From: Phoronis australis
Taxonomy: Eukaryota > Animalia > Phoronida
Length of the DNA: 41,929 bases
Direction of reading: 5' to 3'
Assembly (NCBI GenBank): GCA_002633005.1
Contig: NMRA01000614.1
Span: forward strand, 33,636 to 75,564
Below are positions 24,001-36,000 of this stretch, in pieces. The notes beneath the pieces are model-generated. The model saw nothing but the letters and a program-made list of their open reading frames with translations, made no database searches and was not told where the DNA came from. Each line of letters opens with the position of its first letter. The stretch's first letter is position 1. Position numbers and translations under genes: made by a program.

Positions 24001-27000
24001 TTGAAATATTACAATTTTTCTTTCCAAAAAGGACAGGGCCTTTAATCCATGAATTTGGGGCCCAATATCGGCTTTATTCTCCCCTCAAAAACATTGAAAT
24101 ATCACGCGAAATTCCCTCCCACGAGGCATAACAATTCCCCTAGTGAAAAATCTCTCTGAGTTCACATCACCTGTAACCAGAAAGGTGACAATTTTTAAGA
24201 GCACAAAAGGCTACTTTAAATTGAGACAGAGCCTATGAGAGCTTGCAACAGGGTGGGGGTGCTATTGATGGTGATCGGGAGGTAGATTGTTCCCGCCCTC
24301 ACTCAGCGAAAAAAATCGCCTCTCAGTAGGCACTGGCACCTTTCCCCTCGGATGAACGAGGCTCCTGATAACTATGATTGCTTTTCCAGTTAACTGAAAT
24401 TGAGTTCTAAAACGAGGTCATGCTTTGGACGAATGAATTACGTGTTTTAATTTTAAAATTCAACTTGGTCCAGATTGATATTTGAAACCTAGCACATGAA
24501 ATAGACGTAAGAATTATTACAACCAAGAAAGCAGAATTGATGGTCAAATAATTTTTATTTTCAATTACGAGCCTGTTTTTTATTTTAATTATTTTAATTA
24601 AAAGTATATTTAATAACATCAATTATTCTTTCAGATCAATGACAAATCAACTGTTAGTCCCAATGCTGGAGTGCATAGGATCAGGCTATGCTAGATGTTA
24701 ATATTCTTGATCAACAAATTAAACCAGATGTGACTAATTGCACATGACTGCCACCACTGTCGAATATGTCCTTAACTCGTCAACAGATGACCTGGATCGT
24801 GTAGAAAGTATTTTAATCAACAGTTTACAAGAAAAAACGTAACCGTGCATTCAGCATAATACCTAATCCATAACACTACTATCACCGCAATTTGGTCACA
24901 TTTACTTTTCATGTTTAGAACCTAGTTTTCCGAAAAAAATTAAACTCTTTCGTCAGACAACTCTTTTGCGCCTTAACTTGTTCTCTAATGTAATTTTCTA
25001 CGTCTCTGTGGTTAATTGTCGACACATTATTAAAATTCAATATCCAGGTTGGATTCGAAAGACCGGCAATTTAACTCACGCAATGTCAACTTCCGCTTTG
25101 TTTATCGCAGTGAGCTTCGCTTTGGATTTTAATGTCCGCCGCGTGAATTGGGTCTATATGTGTTCCGCCACAGCTGTATCTCTTTTAAAAATGGTTACTC
25201 TGAGTTGTTGGTAAGGATTTCCCACATGTGTTAAACATTTCTGTCGAGGCTACCATTGGGGTTATCGTGTACATGTCGAACGAGTGTATTCAAATACTCG
25301 CAATAATATACAAATACATTACAGCGTTCCGTCGTTCAGTAGCTTTTCCAGACGTGCTGAACGTGCGATAACATCTGGCTCTTTTGTTAACTGCCCAGCT
25401 CAGTCTTTTGTCCAATATGATAACAAGCAGTCCAATTATCTACCAGGCTTCAAAGGAAACGTACGCTATCACCGAACGCGTATGAACTCAGTCAAACCCA
25501 GTGCGTCCGTTTGGACAGAATAGATTGTCTTAACTTCTGTTGTAGTTGGGCGATTTTGGTGATTCAAAAACGGAACATGATCAGCATTTGACGAGAAATT
25601 CAGAAATGTTATTGGTTTAAGCTCAAATACGTTATAACTTAACTTTCATTTTTATCAGCTCAGGCCAGTCGGTCTTGATACAATCTGATCGGAGATTAGA
25701 GCAATTATCGAACAAAAGAGCGCAGGCCCTCCAACCATAAATGCCAGTATGGAGTTAATCAGGCATGTAAGATATTGGCTACAGGGTAAACTTCCCAACT
25801 TGTTGTTGGGCTATAGAATCGAACGAGTGGGGAGAAAAGGAAGGTCGCCGTCATGTTTCAGCTTTTTTGAGCTCAAGTTCAACTTGTGAACCGTTATAGG
25901 TACCTCGGAAATCACCAAAAATACACCTTACGCCCAATCTTCCATTTTCCCCCGGTTACCCGTCAAAAATCTGCGAGCATGGGGAAAATTCTATAACATT
26001 CCGTTTTGATCAACAAATTTGTTGGTTTCTGATTTACATGTTTGTGTATCTACGAAAACCGACAGGTTAATAGTTCATTTTGGCAATTACAAGCTAACCT
26101 TTTAAGAAATGATTACGATTCAGGGAATTAAGTTGAAGCCTGAATTTGGAAAAACTCTATAATCCGATCCTTAAATAGTAAAGTGCACTTGGACGCTTTT
26201 TGCTTATCTAAAACTAACTCTCAAAGACATTGATGAAATTTGGACACTTCCTAAAAATTTACTCACAATTCAAATGACAATAAATGCATTGCTTTTTCAA
26301 TTCGGTTCAAGATTTGTTGTTTAAACTCACTAACAGGTGATCGAAAAGGAATTAAGTCATTAAATCAAGATAAATGCATTGCTCATGGATTTGATTGTTG
26401 GTTTCTGATTTATATGTTTATGTATCTATGAAAATGGACTGATTGAGAGGTGATTTTTTGACAATTACAAGCTAATCTTGTAAGAAATGACAATGCTTCA
26501 ATGAACTTAGTTGCAGGCCAACTTTGGGAAAACTCGACATTAGAAAAGTACACTAAACGAGGTTTATTTATGTGAAATAAACCTCAAGGAAATTGATGAA
26601 TTTCGGTCAGCTCTACAAAGTGTCCCAAAATGTTCTCACAATTTAAATGACAATAATTTTTTTATTGGCTTAGGAACTAGATGTACTGGATCGAAAAAGA
26701 AGTTTAAGTACTTAAACTCATTGGTCATCAAATTGCAAAGGTTTTCTTTGCATTCTCTTGATGTTTTGTTTCCAGTAGTATGTCGCAATGAATTTTTGTA
26801 CTTCAAAATTGAATCGTTTGCTTGCATTTCCCCTGCATACTACACACACGACATGCGCGCACCCAGCTTAAAATATAGTGGGCTCGATTTTTTGAGGATG
26901 TGAACTAAAGAAAAAAACGGAATACGAGGTTCTTTCAGGGCTATGAATTGTGCATACACTGATTTTCTCCCGTAGTGGACTTCTGTCTCGTTTTTCTCGG

Positions 27001-30000
27001 ACTTTGTTTCTTTGAGGCGGACCTTTTTTCCCATTTTTTGAGCCCCGAGCCATCCCCCTGGGTGCGCGCATGCATAGCACACCCACGTTAAAAATAAGGT
27101 GTAACCATGCAGTAGGCCTGCGTAGACTCTCAGTTACCCACGGGAACTGAATTTGAACTCCAGACGTTAAAGTGTGGACATTTTTGGGACACACTCTGTA
27201 TCTGTTCCCCTAGCAGCCAGTAACTGGACTACCGGCCGAGCTTCATCAAGGGATTCTAAAACGGCCACAATGGCACTCATACCCGGCACCGACCTCGGGA
27301 CCTCACCTTTCCAGAAATTACTTCAAAGAATGGCCATAATAAAATGAAATTGTCCCCGAAACTGGATCATAATAAAACAAACCTCGACCTTCAACCCCGA
27401 CCAGAAGAATAGGTACGAATCCACGGCTGGAACCCAACTATAATTACTTCAGGTAGCTCCCACCTACCCGTCAGTGCGCTGGACCTAGACCCATTCTTAC
27501 TCTCCGTGAAACTGTGTTGGTTCACGGTTACTCAAATCCCGGCGGCTGCATCCCCGGTATTAACTCCACCTACATGTATGGCGGACGTGGGGGGCTCAGT
27601 ACAAACTTGGTGACATCCAGAGAACGCCCCCAATTAATGTTTTCCTTCCTACGGGCCTGATCCGTTCTTAATTCTAACTGGTTTCTCGACTTAGACAGGA
27701 TTGATAGCGTCGTACTAAGCCATTTTGTTGATCCTGGTCGCGAGTAATGACGAACATTCCAAGCTAAAGAATTATCTCTAATTTGAATATGGAGACCAAT
27801 TAGTGGTCTATATCAAAAGCTATCTCTTTGACAACCAGCTTTAAGTTGCAACAAAACGGCAGATTATTTCACTGACACTATTATCTTTCTTTTCACTTTG
27901 TAGTCGATGGTATCTGCGAAAACCTGCCAGCCGGAGATGTATCCGTTAAGTTTAACATCGGTCCGTGCTCTAATCTTAGTGTGTCGGACAGCTATACGGG
28001 TTGGAAGTCTGGTGATTCAATTACTGTGGAGGAAGACGACCTCCGCCACGGTTCAGGTAGGCTTCTCTCAATTGGCAATGTTTAACAGCGCCATCTCTAG
28101 GAGAGTGGCACTATGCAAGGACGGAGGTTTCACAAGCATTGTTGCGCGCGTATAAAGACTCCAGATCCGGAGTGCATGGTTTCATCTCCTGGTGATACCA
28201 TGACAATATACAGACTCCGATTAGTGCTGGTTTCATCAGCTAATGAAACAAGGCATGAATGCATGACTTACATGTATGGTTTGTTTATTGCCATGATTGC
28301 ATTAGACAGTGGAACTTTAGCGGCGCACGACTACACTGAACCTATAGAGCACGGTTTTGATATTACACCTGCCGTTGCCGATGATCGTTCTTTACTACAA
28401 ATACTACTGACTCATTAGAACGTCATTTTCAGTCTCTTGTAGGGACCAGTGTTTATAGCCATTTTCACTCCTCGCTTTTTGGCGGTTCCTGTATTCGTCT
28501 AGAGTCTCCTTTTTCCCATCAGAACCGCGTTAGTAAAATTCGCTCCGTCCATTTCGAAAATGGCTGACGAGTATGACTAATTGAGGAGGCAGAGTTTCCT
28601 AGTGTACGTGATAGGTGCCCTCTTTCTTTACTCGAGGTCGTGTGTTCGACTCCCACTGGGCCACACTAGCGCTAAGCCATTGAGTCAAGTTTCTAGCTCC
28701 TCAGCTCTATTTTAACTATACATTAATAAAACACAAAAATGGTTCCAGGTGATCAGTGTAATGGGCCCACATGCACGGCCTGAGCACGTCTGGTACTACG
28801 TGTACCAGATCGCCTGTGATTATATTTTATGACTTATTGTCAAAATCGGCCAATCACTAAGAAGGGTTATGAAACCATCGTTTTGGTAAAGTGGTTGTAA
28901 GTCTTGTGTATTCACTACTTTTTTGTTTGAGAACGAGGTGTTGTGTACAAACTATAATGTTTGTGCATGTTTGGAACACTCGCGCTTTCACGTTTGCGTT
29001 GTTAAAACTGATGCTAAAACGAGTAATTGTGTCCCAAACAACAATGCGCAACAGTCGTTTTTGTATCGCCACCAAAGTGTGTGTCAGTGCCATGGGCGCA
29101 CCCAGTTGAACAAGCCCCCCAAGTTGGCGAATTGGGCAAAAAGGTCCTCCTCAGTGAAACAAAAAGTCCGAGTAAACGAGACAAAAGTCCACCAAATCCA
29201 CGGGAAGTCGTCGCGGATGCACAATTCCTGGAACAGAACCTAGTGGCCGTGTTTATTTTTTGAGTCCTTGTTGATTTGCTCCAGTAAAAGGTACGCATAC
29301 TGAAAATTCGAACCTCCCATATTTTAGGCTGGGTGCGAGCGTGAGTGCGTTTAACTCACACAGAACACGAATCACGATTGTGCAATGTAACGATTTAGCC
29401 TCATGTCGTTGCAATTACAGTATAAGACATCACTTAAATTACATCAGTGAGACCCAATGATATCTTCTAACCAGTCGTAAAGCCTAAACATTTCTTCGCG
29501 TTACCCACGCAGATTCATGATCCCTTCTGTACATGGAACTGAGAAAGAGTGCGTTATTAATGACGCTGCTAGCTTCGTCCCTTCGCCGCCAGGAGGTCAG
29601 TTGTCGGTTATTGGCAAAAATACTGCCCGTTTCCTGAGTGGGAGGGACAGATGAACGGAATGATTGGTGGAAGGACGGGCGAACAAATGGACCGAGTTAG
29701 GAATTGGCAAGCTCGGGCACAGGTAGTGAGGCAACAAGGCCAGGATGCAGAAAGGGAAGGCCGAAAATGAGGTACATGTATAGAATACGGCCAGGTAGGG
29801 TGACAGACAGACAGACATACAGGCAGACACATACGCACACGGGTAGACTCACAGACAAACGAGCAGCAGACTGATATACAGAAAGGCACAGACGAGTAAA
29901 AGAGAAACAAAGTAGAGGTGGGGAGAGGAGGGCAGGAAAGAAGGCGAAGTGGCCTTACATGTAGTAACAGTAGCAGTAGCAGTAGTACTACTAGATATGA

Positions 30001-33000
30001 CTTAGGTTTTGTAGGGGTAGCGGTAGAAGTAGCAATTGTACCTAACAGAATTTTGTGATTGACATTGAAACAAAATTTCTGAACCTCCAAGTTTCTCACT
30101 TGTTGTTTGTAGGATTTTGTCGCGCATTATCAAGATTCAACACAAGACAATATGTTTGGAGAGAGGAAAGCAACACTACTAACGGACTTCTTCGTGTGAG
30201 TCATTTTGGTCAACTGTAGGTGGTGCTGGGTCTTTGTCCAAAGAAAACTTTATCTATCGCCATCTGGCCACACACATTATTTTCAATGTGTCGCTGCAGT
30301 ACCGGAAATGCGCTATTGCTTGCATTAATTGGGTATTGTTTGAAAAAGCACGAACTAGATTTGTCTACGTTCACTGCTTCTTTAGTTATTAAACTTTATT
30401 AGTTTATATTTTTTACTGTTTCAGTCGTTCGATTACTACAAGCGCGACGTTGGCACCGCAATTCACGTGATCTACCAGACAACTTTTCGCGCGGCAGGTC
30501 ATGGCTCCGTTCGATATTCTATCAAGTTCAACTCGAATGAGTGCACTTCCCCTGGTGAAATAAGCTCCATGGTTGCACACAACAATCAGTTCTTCACGCA
30601 TGCCATCGATGATGGAACAAATATGGGTAATTCAACACACTACATGTTGTCTGATAGTCAGCCAGCTAGCTGTATGAATACTATTGTCAGCGCCGACAGA
30701 CCTTGAAATGTCATACAATTAACTCCGGTAGTTCTGCTCGTCACTTCGCTGTGAAACTTGCATCAACATGTTAAGCTAAAGACGTCGTCGTTTTGAAAAC
30801 AGTACCGCACACTCGTGACACGCCCTCCGCCATTTCCTAAAATTTCGCTACACCTCTCGGGAGATGATGACAGCTTTGCAGCAGCAAAATTTGTTTTGAA
30901 ATTCCGCTTGCTGATATTAAAATACTAAAAACTTCGTGGATGAAGAACAGCTGATTGAATAATCGGTGGAGAAAGAAACTGGCCGATAGGTGACAGAATA
31001 TTTCATGGCGACGAAAGCCGATGCAAAAGACCGCTCCACAACTTTAGCAGCAGAATAACGGTAGAACGCCATTTTTTTCCAAATCGGTAAATAATTTGAT
31101 TTACTGAAGGAAAAGTGTAGTTTTCAGCGACACTGATATTTTATCAGATTTTGTATGGTCAGTTATTACCCACATCGGCGCAAAGCTGATAATTAGTATA
31201 CAGCTTTGCGCCAAGCCTAGTAGTCTGAAAGCCACAAGGCGGACTTCAACGAAGTTTATAAAAGCTGAAAACGTTCAATGTCTGTTCTTCGACAAAGTCG
31301 CATCTGGGTGTAATTTAAGACTTTAAAGCGTCCCTCCAACTTCAGTTACCCTTCCCCCACCGCTTGAATCAAGTCTAGTCCACACACTTCGATTCTAAAA
31401 TACGACACAGAATACGACTTTTGCATACAACCATTTGAACATGTCCGTGTGTATAACCGATTTTATTCCCGTGTCTGCACACTCCGATTTTTACTTACGA
31501 TTTCGTATACGACTGTTGTAAGCGACCGTCGTACCTGACTAATTGAACTGATTAGACTGGTGTTCCGAGTGGACATTTCCAGCTAAAAATTCATATCCAT
31601 TTTTTCCACTGAAATAAAGCGTTCAGATTTTGCTTCGATCTTTGTTCGACTCAAGATGTAGATGAAGAGTCGTGTGCGAAAAAATGAGTGTGTGGACTGG
31701 GTTTATTTCAAGAGCTCTTTGGCGTTGATTCTGGGAATCAATCACGAATCGACTCGCTGTCTCAGTGACTTCCGTTCATTTTTAACGCATGCCAATCCCT
31801 TATAAAACATGGAAAATCGTCCAGTGGATCTACCGGTACGTTACACGACACCAACATAGTGGCTGAACAAGATGACAGTAAAACTGCGCTGTTGAGATCA
31901 GTCGAAATACAGTCTTCTGAACGTAATCAATCGGTTTCTTTGTTTTTCACCGTTATCCTCGTTGTCAGACTACAGTAGTTCGATAACGACGTTGTTTCAT
32001 TCATATACACACCAGTGGCGCGCGGTCACATGGGTCAATCATGGGCAAAAGAGATACAAGTCCGATCTCAGTAGCACTCGCACAAACCTTCAGCACCCCC
32101 ACATGCTCTCGAACACCCAGTAAAAACAGTTGTCACAACTTCTTCGGTGTGTTTCAGTTGTGGAAACTGGTTAAGTTAACGCTCTCACAGTAAGGTTCCT
32201 ATCAATGGAAGTTCCTCTACGGCCTGTTATGATAAAGCTTTAATATCCAACCCTGCGTTTACCGTCTGAGAATTGCTTTGTATTGCAGTTGTCTGACGAT
32301 CAAAAATATAAGGTAATGCTTTTGGCATGGCGCTTTCAGTGATTTACGCTTACATTTACATTGCTAAAAATTCTAGTAACCCCTCTCCTTTAAGAAATTC
32401 TCGATCCGTCAGTGTATTTTTATCAATGCAACCAGCCTTGGTCATTATATTTGAAACACTTACTCCGTTTACACCTCTGCACCGTGGTTATTCATTGTGT
32501 TTCCCTTGCAGTTTCTGGAATGTGTGACAACATCGAGGCTGGTCACGTGGTCATCAGTATACACATTGAAGTGATAACAGAATCTCCCGACGGTTATACC
32601 GGTTGGAATGCCAACAGCCGTTTGGTTGTGGAGGAAATACGCTACGATCAGGATATCAGCGCAGGTAGAAAGTCACATTATAACAGCGGTCCTAGTAAAT
32701 AGATGTTACTCAATCTACCACATCTTAACAGGCGAAGGACACTGAATACCAACTGAAACTGACCTCCAAGAGTTGTTTTCAATTTGTTATCTGTGTCAGT
32801 ACTGATTCACATGTACTGCTGTGCCAAACTTGTCACGCCCCCTGCCAGTGGTCGTATCTTACCAATGCATGGACGGAACGTGCGGGTCCTAACTCTTACC
32901 ATGTTTTAACAACGTGGGATTTTAGAGCCTTTTTACAAATTAACCAATTCCTTGTCATTCTCGCTCCATCAACCTATCATTGCTGGGCAACTCGGTATTT

Positions 33001-36000
33001 ACTAACTCACGCATCACGTTCAACTTCAAAATATGCGAACTAAAAAAAACACATTTTGTCTTTGTCAACTCTGCTCGTCTTGTTCACCAGAATTTGAAAC
33101 TAGCGGATCGTTTTCATGCTCTCCAAACGCTAGAGAGTTGTCGTCTGATGTTTCCTGTTCTCAGAGGTCTGTTCTGTGGTTTCCCGCTGCATATCTGATA
33201 TATATCGTGGCAAAGTGGTCTGACGAACCCAAAATATTCACTCTTAGGTCGTTAGCTTTGTCAGTGCGACTGTTTTATACAAGTGCAATTCTATCTCTTG
33301 TAAATTCCTTTTCCAATTTTCCACATAGTATTTTTAAAATGTAATAAGCGTTTCACGATTCACTGCATGAGAAATTCAGGCAAATTGAAATACTATGGGA
33401 ATATGGCGAGTCACGAAATTTTCTACCAAGCAATTTCCTCGTATGCTGAATTATCCTCGAAAATGAGGTTATTTGTTGTCTGATGCTGTTGTGTTTGCAA
33501 AAGTAAAATCTGAAATTTTTACTTTTTGAGACAGGTAAAACTGCAGAACTTCTTGCAGTCAACTCGATTAATTTTAAACACCATAATCTAATCATGGTTT
33601 CTGTCTTATACATCGTTTTTTTATTTTCGGGAAAATAATGTCTTGAAAAATTTTTAATTTTAAGAGCCCCCTTATTACACATGGCAAAAACTCTTACCGC
33701 ACAATTAAAAAATTGTTGACTCTGTAACTTCTTCAATTTTTTACGGGCCTGCATACAATGTGTCCACGCATTTTAAGTCCGCTGGGAAAACGTTCTGCCA
33801 ACTTTGTTGCGAAAAGCAACACTGCTTTATCAGTACCTGCAGTATTCTTTTCTTGTTTTGTTCTCGGGAAGGTCATTTCTCGACTTAACGACGCCACGTG
33901 AGACGATTTGGCACGATATAGATCATCCTCAAGAACACAACTTTCTGTGTTCACGACTGACTTAACTGCTACTGCGTTCCTCAGAGTGAGGGTTATTTGT
34001 AGACTATATGAACAAATGTTCAAATCATTCGTTACTAGTGGAAAGAGGTCGCTGCACAAATATTCCCCATGGAAATATGTTGTGTGAGTTATTTAATTCG
34101 GGATGTGAAGAGGACGAGTAGCACCTTGTGTTAGTTTGCAGTGCGTTCCAAGACCTTCGAGTTAAGTACTTAAGTGATCGTCTCTGTCATTCTCCCACGA
34201 CATCTAAATTTGAATCTCTCGTGAGAACTCCGGATATCCTACTTCTAAAATTCGTCCATCATGCTCTCAAACGTCACAATTTATTATCGAGTTTGTAACG
34301 CACCTGGCAATGATCTGTCTTGTAAATGTTACACTTTGGGCCTAATGTCATGTGTATATGTTTCAATCAATCACTCTAACTTTAGTGTGCACCGATCATT
34401 AGCGGAACTAGAATGTCGCAAAGGGGGGCCAGAAACCAGAATTTTCGAAAAAAATGTCCACCTAGCCACTAAAAAACAACTCGGCGAAGGCGTTCTTTTG
34501 TTTAGTCGTTGCCACAAGGGGCCCGGCCCCCTGGTCCTTCTCAATCTGCCTATGGTAGCCCCCTCATGCTCCTGTCATACTCCGTTACATAGCTAAGCTC
34601 TGTTAAATTCGGTCTCTTTAGGCTCTGCAGATGACTTTGCCCGGCTTGACAACCAAGACAATACAAAGATCTCACGCCACCTGTCGTATCCTACAAGTTT
34701 TTTTTTACTTGTTGCTGCCGTGTGTTGAGGTTCCATTTGTTAGATGTTCCCACTCGCTTCTAGAAGTTGTCTGCAGTAATGCAGCCTGAGAGTCATTGGA
34801 GTTCAGCCACCGGTTGCTTTACACTCCTAACTTGGGACTCAACCATGTTACTTCTCTCCCCATTTGCAGATTGTAGAAACAACGATTGTCTTACGTAATA
34901 GTTCCATCTTCATACGTGTAATTACACTGTCAGGCATTTAGCTTTGTTACCCACTCAGAGTAATCTCAACGATTAACATTCTCAATAATGAAAATGAATG
35001 GGATTCTTTTCATGCAACGACAATAGTTTAAGGTTCCTATGTATTTTCACCGAAACAGGCTCAGTTTTTAGATATATCATAAGGAAATTACATTAGCCAA
35101 AGAGAAAACGATGGAAAACAAAAACAGTTTATGAGTAAACTAAGACACAAATTCACAGAAGAATACTCGAGCCCCTGGTAAGAGTTTTGCGATGTGTAGC
35201 AAAACTGGTTTACTCCTCCTAAAAGATTTCTAAAACATTAACTTAAGTTCGTTTGTTCTTTCACAAAAGATTTAGATTTTGTTATAAAGATAATTTAATA
35301 TCTGGATAACGGATCTTGGTCATTTCAAGCATTCGGAAATTTTGCCTTAGCTGGGTATAGCGTATCAGGTAAGATTATTTACTCGTATTGTACATTCGTG
35401 ATTTGTGGTTAAGAGGTTCTGTTTCTCTCAAGGTAGTTGTACTCGATAGTATCATTTTGAACATTAACATTTTTGATAATTCGGGTAAAAAGGAGGTCTT
35501 TGGGAACTCTCGCTAAAAGCGTCTGATGCCTGCTGACCAGACGTGCTCCCTGTCGTCTTATAAAAATCACACATCTGAACGCGGTGGTTAAATTCAAGCG
35601 ATCTAACGTAGCTAGTTTTGTTCCTAAATAACACACCCACTTTTACCAATTTTTGCCATTTTTATTTGAGGCTAGAAAGTACTAAAACCAGTGCTCACTA
35701 CCGGGGCCCAATATCTATTCTTTTTACTCGAAATCGAACTCGAAAACATATTTATCCCTCTCTACTCTGCTATAGTGCGAAATCAAGGTAAGTGTCCATT
35801 ATTCTATGCTCGAGTACGTCATGGCTTACGTGGATAACTTTTTAATCCTTGTTTGCACTTGATAGCCCCAGCATCAACTGGCTAAGAGTTCGAGACTGAA
35901 TTCGAAATTTCGAGTTTTTAGTCGAGTTCATAGGCCAGATATATGGAACAACGAGTGTAAACTTGGACTGGAAACTCATACATGTGTATGCACACACGGT

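Noticed and set aside
27210-27700. Second Penelope-like terminus or hammerhead (cttgatgaag on the minus strand)
   Set aside because: No downstream GAAA box and no recognisable coding remnant.
29608-30099. 163-aa minus-strand ORF with poly-Leu
   Set aside because: Low-complexity purine-rich and (AGT/AGC)n intronic sequence antisense to gene 2, with no recognisable domain.
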